NCBI GenBank assembly: GCA_039621445.1 | Contig: CP154954.1 | Coordinates: 20,136,642-20,200,641 of the forward strand | Direction: 5' to 3' | DNA length: 64,000 nt | From: Euglena gracilis | Taxonomy: Eukaryota | In this document: positions 23,996 through 33,300 of the stretch, in pieces | How positions within the stretch are numbered: the stretch's first letter is position 1 | Layout of the letters: each line of letters begins with the position of its first letter | Made by a program: the position numbers and the translations under genes | The notes under the pieces: model-generated | Database searches by the model: none | What the model saw: the letters and a program-made list of their open reading frames with translations, nothing else | What the model was told of the DNA's origin: nothing

Positions 23996-26900
23996 AACAG
24001 AGAACACATGCCTGTCAGTGCGTCGCCTGTGGAACTGGTCCTGAACATTAGGGGCCTCCGCGCATACTTGCAAAGAAGTCGACCTCGTTCGGGATGGGAC
24101 CTGTTTCACGATGCCTTCGTGGCTCATGATGCAGGTGCCCAAGGTATTGTTTCACTGTGCTGCATGCAGGGAATTTCTTAAAGACCCCCGGGGGGGGGGT
24201 CCAGCCTCCGGCTGGCAAAAAGGCTGCTGGCTGGATTTGAGCTGCTGGCTGGACCCCCCCCCCGGGGGGGGGTGGGGGGGGGGGGGGGGGGGGGGCCCCA
24301 GGGTGGGCTGGGCTGGGTCGAGGAAAAACAAAATTTTCTAACACATTTTTGCCATTTTCGACATTTTGATGGGTGGAGCTAGATCAAGGCTGGGGGGCTG
24401 TGATGGAGGGGCTGTGATGAGGGGGAAAAATGCAGGGATAAATGACCTGGACAGCCCAGTTGGCTGGCTGGCCTGCGGCCGGCTGGGCCGGCCTTCGGCC
24501 GGTTGGGCCGGCCTTCGGCCGGCTGGCCCGGCCTCCGGCCGGGCTGGACCCGACTTTATTTCACTCGACCCCCGGGGGGGGGGGGGGCTCCCAGCCCGAA
24601 TTTGGGCTGCTGGCTGGATTTGAGCTGCTGGCTGGCTGGACCCCCCCCCCCGGGGGGTAGGGTACCCTCCGGCTTAAGAAATTCCCTGGCTGCATGGTGC
24701 GGCTCAATCGGCGATCGCGTCGCACAGTGGAAGTGGTTCGGGAGGCCTTCCTGCGGTCCTCTTCCAACCCTCCACGGTGGCTGGGACAGCTGGCCACAGG
24801 GGCGTATGCTGTGTGGCGTACACTGCATCGACGGGCCCAACCCGTCGCAGACCCCAGTACAGTGGCCGAGAACACCCCCAGCACGCGGGCGCTGCAGCAG
24901 CTTCCGAGGGCAATGAGGAGAACGCTGAGGCACACTGGCATCGTGGGTCGTACGGAGGTGCCGGTTGCAGCCCGGGCAGCGGTGGCGGCGCGGGACATCC
25001 TGGCCTCCCTGCGGAACCACCAGGTTGTCCTCTGGCTGGACAACTTCTGCTGGCTACGCCGGGGAACCAACCCGGCCACCCCAAACCTAAGCCAGAACCT
25101 CACGGCTTTTGGAACAGTGCAGGGCATACTGATGTGTGTGCATGATTCAATAAATCACTGGTTAATTCCCGAAGCAGTTAACAACAAAAAAAGTTAGGTG
25201 GATGGTAATGAAGCGGAAAAGCGCTTCAGTAGTACTCCATAAGTTTGCAGGGATGTTTGCGTCTCCGTTACAGGAAATGAATGATTCAGATGGTAACACC
25301 CCTACTTTGCACTGATGCCGCTTCCTTCAGCTGGAGAACCTGTTGCAACGACAGGGGACGAGGACACGCTCCGTGACGTTCCCGGTGTCTCCAGGACATC
25401 CAGAGCTGAGCGACCTCATCGGCAACCTGGATGTGGTGGCGTCCTCCTGTTGTACCGCATCGTTGCTGCTGCACCAAGCAGTGGGTGGGATCGGACGGAT
25501 GCAGCTGTCGGAGACGTCGATCAGAGTACCACTGGATGTGGCGCGGACCAACATGCGGTCCCTACAATGGCGGCCGCTCTCGCTGACCGAGCAGGTGGTG
25601 TCAGCCAACTTGGACTTGTTGCTGGTGCTGCAGACGGCCAGGTCGCTGCAACACCACACTCGTCGCCAGACGCCGCTGCTGGTGGATGAGAACATCCACT
25701 ACCGGTGCCTGAGGTTGCTGTACTCTGCGTCGGCATCGCGGTACTACGTGTCCCGCTACCTGGCCGAGGTCCCCCTGCTGTACGGCATCTGGCACGCCTA
25801 CAAGCACACGGTGACCATCGTGTACCGGGCGTTCTTCCCGGTACTGGCCCACCTGGAGGTGTCCCCCGGTGACCACCACCTGACGTGCAGCCTGCGGAGT
25901 CACCGGAAGGTGCTGTACATGGAGAAGCTGTTTGCCAGCCTTCTGTTGTCCCGCGAGTCGGTCATGTCCCATTCTGAGTCGCGCATAGCACATGTGAAGC
26001 GGTTTTCCGCTTGCTTTGCCACACTCGTGACTTTTCAGGATGTACGTGACATGTTATGTGCGATTCAGGTGTCAATTGACGACCAGAATGCAAGACTGGA
26101 CCTGCTCTGCGACAACAAGAGCTGAGCAACAGCAGCAACTCCGTTCGTACCCGTACCAGCTGCTGCAGGGGCTGCGGCACATCCTGGTGTTCTATGCCCC
26201 CGCATTGCTGCACCTGGGCCACGAGGTCCGACAATGTACGTGGAGGGGTAGACCTGAGGACGAGGTGAAGGGTACCACCGCTCGGCTGGTGCTGCAGAAA
26301 TGCCTCCTGCTGCTGATGCACCTGGAACAGCTGACGAGTCCCGGAAGGCCGCCGTCGGAGTACCAGCGGACCATCTCCCTGGCCCTGCTGGGGTGGCAGG
26401 ACTGGATGTCCCGGCTGCCCGGCTGCGTGTTCGTGGAGGAGGCTGGGGAGGCCATGCTGTCGCGGCTGTCGTCTGCCTGCAAGCGGAACCCCCACGTGAC
26501 CAGCTCATACAATTGCTTACCGACCCCCGGGGGGGGGGAGGGGGGGTCACTCCACTTTTTTAAAAACCAGTCAGTCACTTTTTTTTGGGAAGCCAGTCAG
26601 TCACTCCCCCCCCCCCGGGGGGGGGGGGGGTCGGCCACTCAGAAAAACGGCCACTTTCAAGTCACTTTAGGCCATTTTAGGCCAAAAAAATTTTTCCGGC
26701 GCCTTCGGCGCCGGGGTCACTCAAGCCACTTTTGCCCACTCCTGGCCGCCCCCCCCCCCGGGGGGGAGGGGGTCCGGGCCCAAAACCAGTCAGTCACTGA
26801 AAAAAACCAGTCACCCACCCCCCCCGGGGGGGGTGGGACAGTGCTTAAGCAATTGTCTGGACCAGCTTCGAGGGTACGCTGCAACTGTTCCTGAACCTCG

Positions 26901-27427
26901 GCGCCCCCTCCGGCGAGGCTCACCACAGCCGTGGCAGCCTCCGGAAGCAGCTCGTTCAGGAGATGGCACGTCGTGTTCGTGGCCTCCTTGGCAGCCCTGG
27001 TGACCGTCCATTTCCGAAGCGGGTGGACAGCACCACCGTGCGGTGGCTGGTGGACCCAGAGACCTATCCCACCTGGATGGCACCGGAACCTGCACCAACG
27101 CGGATGACCACTGAGCAGCTGCTGCCTGTCCTGCGACACTCCCTGCAGACGCTGGTCCGTGGACAGCGCCTCGCTGCAGACGTGGAGGAGTGGCTCAGGA
27201 CCAACGTGGGTACTGTTGATCCAGATCTTCTGCAAGAAAGAGAAGAGGCGATGTACCCCTTCCTCGCGCGCAGAAGAGCCAGATCTGCCACAGCGGAACA
27301 TCCACTTCAGCTTCCCGATGAAGCGGAAAACCGCTTGCAGGACGCGGATGAAGCGGATACCCGCTTCGATGTCCACTCAACTGAGATGGAAATTAACAGG
27401 GAGATGCAACAAGGTGATTCGGTTTAG
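23996..27427 (+). CDS. Intron-split putative DDE transposase (Academ/DUF6589-like motifs); 5' and 3' ends uncertain, possibly inactive
   Basis: Joining ~23996-24163, 24694-25111, 25320-25970, 26092-26502 and 26865-~27280(27427) gives one open frame. It contains VVLWLDNF (D 25039), N-x-TA, PLLVDENIH (D 25685), PLLYGIWH (H 25793) and FVEEAGE (E 26448). The family call is by motif recall only. Further upstream exons are likely at ~23100-23221 and 23312-~23379. Confidence 0.65.
24167..24688. mobile_element. hAT-like MITE (522 bp) in transposase exon; predicted non-conventional intron 24164-24693
   Basis: TIRs CAGGGAATTTCTTAA...TTAAGAAATTCCCTG; perfect 8-bp TSD GCTGCATG (24159-24166, 24689-24696). 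Removing the element plus one TSD restores ...GIVSLCC-MVRLNRR... Confidence 0.92.
25112..25319 (+). other. Non-conventional (euglenid-type) intron
   Basis: GAA-CAGTGCAGGG...CTTTGCACTG-ATGCC|G; the ends base-pair. Removal joins the 24694 and 25343 frames (LTAFG-FLQLENLL). Confidence 0.75.
25971..26091 (+). other. Non-conventional intron
   Basis: C|ATT-CTG...CAG-AATGC|A, stem CATTCTG/CAGAATG. Removal joins the 25343 and 26040 frames (ESVMSQDWTCS). Confidence 0.75.
26506..26859. mobile_element. MITE (354 bp) in transposase exon, 8-bp TSD
   Basis: TIRs CATACAATTGCTTA...TAAGCAATTGTCTG (1 mismatch); TSD GACCAGCT (26498-26505, 26860-26867). Removal restores NPHVTS-FEGTLQLF, in frame with the 26963 ORF. 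Confidence 0.9.
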
Positions 27428-27878
27428 AAGGAAAAGGTCTATCTGAATGGAGGTGGCAGAGGCATCAATCGTGGTGGGTGACCAGGAGGAAGGCAGCAGT
27501 CTGTACGAGCCACCGGAGTCCCTCTACGAGCCGCCCGGTGACTTATCGGACGGCTACGTGTCCGTGGGGGCCTCCGACGGATTGGACTGGCTGGGGTCAC
27601 TGCAAGGCAGTGATATATCCGATGATTTTCTTGTCTATGACACAGTGAATGCATACATGTACATCGTACATAACAGAAAAACCCTGTTCCTTCCCGTCGT
27701 AGCACCCCGGCCAGATCACCTTGCAGGGGATGCACCAGGTCCCGGATTGCACTTAGCATGCCAGTTAATGTTAAGGGTGTTGTCTTCAGTTTTCATCCTT
27801 TAAGCATGAAACTTGTGTCCCGGTTGCTGTGGGCAGTGTCAACCAACACCGTTGGTTTTTGTCGATGTCTGATTTGAA

Positions 27879-28710
27879 GTGCAATCCGGTGCACCCGACG
27901 TTGCCCATCTTGTTCCTGTGGAGGTGGCCTGGTGGTTCCTGCGGCGGCTGGAGGTGGCCACCGCCGAGTGGGTGATGGTGCTGAGTTCCCGGCCGGTGCT
28001 GTCCGCCCAGCTGGCGGTGCGGGCGGGCAGCGCCATCAACCTGCTGTGGGGCGTGCCGGCGCTCCCCTCCGACGACGCAGCGCTGCCTGGAGGACATCGG
28101 CCGCGAAATGAGGGTGGCCGACGGGCTACCGCCGGTGATCTGGGTGCAGGGTGGCCCAGGCTTCTGTCTCTTACTCTCACTGAATTCAATTTCACATGGT
28201 TTGACATTTGACAAATGCATAAATGGAAAATGAAAAATCTGTTTCTTTTTCTGGATTTAAAGATTGAAGCGGAAAACCGCTTCGAATTGCTTTGCTTATT
28301 TTTTTACTGGTTTGTATCTGCATTCCCTTTCCCTTCTGATTCCTCACAAGGCATTTTCATTGGGTTGCCCTGTGGCCAAGGACGTCCACCTGAGGATCAT
28401 CCGCCACGTGGCCCTGAACGTGTCCGGGTACATCCCGGAGGGGACGGAGACAGCCCCCGCACCACCGACGGAGGAGGAGCCCCCGTCCAAGCAGGGCGGC
28501 CGGGACCCGAAGGAGTCCAAGGCCAAGGAGTCCCAGGACAAGCCCAAGGAGAAGGAGACCAAGGACAAGCCGGACAAGAAGACCAAGGACACGCCCAAGA
28601 AGGGCGCCCGGGGGAAGCAGTCCGCCTCCTCGCAGCAGCCGGCCCGGCACTCCTACGAGTCGTCCCCGAAACCGCCGGAGCGCCCGACACACAGGGAGCG
28701 GCCTAATGGT
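27879..28710 (+). pseudogene. Second transposon ORF of unknown function (hydrophobic/helical N-part, Lys/Glu/Pro-rich tail), apparent frameshift near 28077
   Basis: GC3-rich codons run VPVEVAWWFLRRLEVATAEW...SDD, then in a shifted frame QRCLEDIGREMRVADGLPPVIW. A non-conventional intron (28144-28377) joins this in frame to KDVHLRIIRHVALNVSGY...KESKAKESQDKPKEKETKDK. Confidence 0.55.
28144..28377 (+). other. Non-conventional/intermediate intron (starts GT, ends CC)
   Basis: GTG-CAGGGTGGCCCA...TGGGTTGCCCTG-TGGCC|A; 12-bp terminal stem with G-U pairs; in-frame join PPVIW-KDVHL. Confidence 0.7.
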
Positions 28711-30315
28711 GGATTGTCTGTGATATCTCTTTCCTTATGCCATCTGTCCAGTTGGCAGTCATTTAACAATTCTGTTTCATGAAGCGTTTTTCCGCTTCCT
28801 TATAACTGAATCAGAGTAATTTTCGTAAGATTGGTAGTGAGTTTCACGTTTTACTGTAAATTGATTCCGCTGCGATTCCACACAATTGCATCGAATCAAA
28901 ACCGTTATGTGCGTTCCACGTCTCCCGTTTGCGCCGCTCCCTGTTGCCGAGGAAGCGGTCCGCCCTGGAGAACATCCAGGAGATGCTGGTGGACGACGAG
29001 TGAGTGGGCGGCTGCGGCAGCCGCGGTGGCAGCGGGCGGCTGGTGCCGCCAGCGAGGGAGGGACAAGCGAGACCCAGACCTGTACCGGACCCAGACCCAT
29101 ACCCACACCCACACCCAGTCCCCAACCATGCGCACGCCTTCGCCACACCACACCCACCCATTTCGCCGTGTCTGTCCTTTGTGTTTGTCTTTGGCATGGC
29201 TGCGGAACTGGGGGCTGTGGGGTTTGTTCCAGCCCTGACCTTTGTTTTGAGAATCAAAATGACAATTCCGATACTTGCTCGGTTAATGGTGTTTCGGGAT
29301 ACAATGCATCTTCTCAGTACTGTTTCAGGTGGGATTTATGTTTGTTGGGTAGTTCAAGTTTCACAGACGTCATTACATTCTGCATTCAGTTCGTTTAGTG
29401 ATGTTGGCAATGGCAGTTTCAGACCAGTACAACCAGTATGAATTAGGCCAAATTTCTCTTCTTTGCTTTGAGGAAGCGGAAACCCGCTTCATCATTGTCC
29501 CGCTTGTTTTTTTGCAGGTTTTCACTCGTACCTGCTTACGATGGCCCGGTACCTCAGGCGCCGACTTTGATTACAGGTCTGTATTGTTCTGTTTGTTACA
29601 TTTGTATACCATTTGTTGTGGCTGTCATATCTTCTGGGGAATGTAATAATCAAACTTAATGCCGATGATTACTGCTCAGTGTGTGCCGTTCATCACGCCC
29701 CTCCGGAATTGCTGAACGAATGTTTGTGGACATTATTATTCACTGTTTGAATTGCATCTACTTCTATCTGATTTATTGCATAATTTTTCTGCTTCACATT
29801 AAAGCGGTTTTCCGCTTCGTTTTCATTTTAAGAAAATTTTATTCAATTTGTGTTGGTATTCCCTTAGGCAACCTTCTTCTGGTGTCGATTTTGGTAACCT
29901 ATGCATGAATTTGAAGCGGAATGTCATTTTTACCGCTTCCTATATTCTGTGTTTATTTTTTCCCCCCTTTGCAGGGGGGATCGTCTTCCTCTGCCTCTGG
30001 CGGCAGCCGACATGAGGTGTGTGTTTGTACTTTATTGCTGTCTTTGAATTTTTTGTAGGGTTTTCGTTCATTTAGGCTGAATTTCAAAATTTAAGTGGCG
30101 TTTTAGCTTGTTTTCGGAGTTTTTAAAACTTCGTTACGACAAGCCAAACATGTAATCAGAAATGGCCGGAATCGGTACCTCTTCCAAAACCCTCAAAAAA
30201 AACAGGCCATTTTAGGAAGCGTTTCTCCGCTTCCTTTTCCGCTTCAAGGGGGTTAAAATTTTTGGGCAGTTTATGCCTCCTAAGTTTATACTTCAAATTG
30301 TCAAGTACTGCATAC

Positions 30316-33300
30316 CAGAGGAAGAAATGGGTGCTGATCCTTTTGCTTGGCCAGCTGGGTCAACCACTCCAGGGTAAATCTCCTTCACTGTGAAGCAATG
30401 GACGTCACAGCATATCAACCAAAACAAGAAAAATCACAAACAAAATTGATTGCAATAGCACACCAAGTAACATGTCTCTGAGCATACCATATCGACCTCC
30501 TGGGCTCACTTTCCACTTTACCGGTCAATCACCTTTCAAAAACCTGTCACCCACTTCCAACCCCCCCTGGGAGGTCAATCACTCTGGCCTCTCCAGCCAA
30601 AATTGCTCAAAATCAATGTATTTTGGTCATTTCTGGTCAAATATGCAAAAAAAATCCTGTGCCTTTGGCACCTGGTGGGCCACTTTTGAGCCAGTGCTGG
30701 CTGATCCCACCCCCAGGGGGGGGGTCTGGAGCCCGAACCAAATCGCTCAGAAAAAAAACCATCCCCGGAGACGGGGTTGGACACACCTTAAGCAATGGAA
30801 TGGTTTGGACCAGGCTTTTTTTACCAGCCCTGGGGGTGCAGGGGGGGGGGGTGCCTTGTGCTATGGGGTCCCTCCAGGGGGGTCGGTTTTGGGCCCTGGT
30901 GGCTGCTGAGCAAGCTGCCTGTTCCTTGAAAATGGCTCATTTCTGGGGGGGGGCTAGAGCACTGCCCACCTCAAAATTCAACCCCCTTGGAGCATTACCC
31001 CCCCCTTGTCGTACGACCGGGTTCCTGCAACCTGTGATCGGGGGGGGGGGGGTCGTAACACCCCCATAACCTGCAACCTGTGACCAGGGGTGGTCGTAAA
31101 TGCGGGGGCAGTCGTAGGTAAGGTGGGGTTAAAATTTTCGCAACCTACAACCTGTGACCGGGGGGGGGGTGGTCGTAAATGGGGTGGTCGTACAACAAGG
31201 GGGGGGGGAGGGACGGGTAGCTTCATCAAAAAAAAAATATGCCCGAAAAATGCAAATGTTGAAAATGCAAAAATAAAAAATGCAACTTTCAAAAAAAATT
31301 GCTGGGTTTGATGAGGTGGGCAATTTGGAAACAATTGCAATGCACTGCACCCTCACCCCAAATAACCCCCCCCTGTGAACGTCCAATTTCGAGCAATGGG
31401 GTGCTGCCCCCCACCAAGAACTTCACCCCCCCCTGCCAGGACTTCAGGCACCCCGGGGCATTATTTGGGAGGGGAGTTTAATTGCGATCTGATCAGGGGT
31501 TTTTTTTAAGACCGGGGGGAGGGGGGTCCCCCCACCCACCCACCCCCTGGGGGGGCCCCCCGGGGGGGAGGTCCCGGGGGACCCACAAAAAATGGCTGAA
31601 AAATCGCGAAAAGTGCTAAAAATAGAATTTTTTCGGCGCCTGCGGCGCCGAAAAGTATATCCCACCCCCCTCCGGGGGGACCCCCCCCCCCGGAGGGGGG
31701 GGGCTCGGCCGGACCCACCCACCCTACCCCCCCCCCGGGGTCCACGACTAAAAAAACCCCTGGATCTGATGTTGCAGGAGAAATGCACGCAGATTTTTGG
31801 GGAGACTGGCATGCTCTTGCAGGGTCAAAAAGAAAACAAGCCACCACAACTTGGCAAAAAAAATCAAGAACCCACTAAAAAAAAAACTGTCCCAAATGCT
31901 GAGGAAAAGAAAGCCTCTTTGTTCTGGCATTTCCTTCTGTAATATGAGGAAAACTTTCACACTTTCACAGGCTTCTTTGGAAGACACAGAGGAGTTCCCG
32001 CCCAAAAAAAACAGGTCATTTGAAACCGTTTCCCAAAAATTTTCCCGCACTTTGTGCCGGAACCCATACCCAGATCCACCCACCCCAGGGCGTCGCTTAG
32101 TGACCCCGGGGGTCCAGGTCAGAGGCTAGGAAATTTGGGCTGGCTGGCCACCTCTCCCCTCCACAGGATTTGGCCTTTGGGGGTACTCCCTGGAAGTCTG
32201 GATGGTATGGTCTGGACCCCAGTCCAGACCATACCATTGCTTAGCGCCCCCCCCGGGGGGGGGGGGGAGGGGGTCACTTTCCACTCTGAAAAAACCAGTC
32301 AGTCACTTCATCCCCCCGGGGAGGAGGCAATGAAAATTTCCCAAAAAGTTTCAAAAAATCCGAAAAATTTCCGGCGCCTTTGGCGCCAGGCCAGCCACTT
32401 TTTCATTTTTCGGGCCTACCCCACCCCGGGGGGGTTCTTGGCCAGAAAACCAGTCAGTCGCTCTGAAAAAAACCAGTGAGTCACCCCCACGGGGGGTGGG
32501 GTGGGACAGGTGTTGAGCAACGGTATGGTCCAGACCATACCATTGCTTAGCGACCCTGCAGGGGGGGGGGGAGGGGGGTCACTTTCCACTCTGAAAAAAA
32601 CCAGTGAGTCACTTTTCAAAAAAAAACCAGTCAGTCGCTTTACCCCCCCCCCGGGGGATCGGCGGCCACTCTTGAATGATGAGCAGGAGGCAATGAACAT
32701 TTGGCAAAAACTCTCAAAAAATCCAAAAAATTTCCGGCGCCTGCGGCGCCAGGCCAGCCACTTTTCATGTTCGGCCCACCCCACCCCGAGGGGGGGGGGT
32801 TCTTGGCCAGGAAATCAGTCAGTCACCCCCCGGGGGGTGGGGTGGGACAGGTGTTAAGCAATGGTATGGTCCGGACCCCCCTTGGCAGATGGGGGGGGGG
32901 TCTGGTTTCCCCCCCTCCAGTCCAGGAAGGGGAGACACCCCCACCTAAACCCCGTACGCCCTCCTAATATCGAACCCTGGGGGAGGGGGGGTTCGCTGAG
33001 TTAAAAAGAAGCCTGCTTCCACATTCCGGGGCCGGTTGCACCTGATGTCAAAGGCAGCGAGGGATTCCGGGATCTCCAGACAGCCAGCACGGAGGCCGCG
33101 ATGGATAAAGACTCCGGGCTGGTGTTGCCCATGAAATCGACCATCTGGGCAGCAACCAGTTCCGGAGTTATGCCAAGGGATCTGACCCATGCTGTAGCTC
33201 AGCAACGGCAAACGTGTGAGGGGCAGGGCATTGCTTAATGACCAATTGGGGGAGAGGGGGGTGAACCCACAAGCTGGAAACCTTGGGCTGCCTGAAAAAA

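Larger units (their letters stand above)
20845..30284 (+). mobile_element. 9.4-kb TIR DNA transposon encoding a putative DDE transposase
   Basis: Left end CTTAGGAGGCGCAAACTGCCCA (20845-20866) and right end TGGGCAGTTTATGCCTCCTAAG (30263-30284) match at 20/22 positions. TTTAT flanks both ends (20840-20844, 30285-30289). An element-restricted palindrome is dispersed throughout, and there are internal + strand coding exons. Confidence 0.85.
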
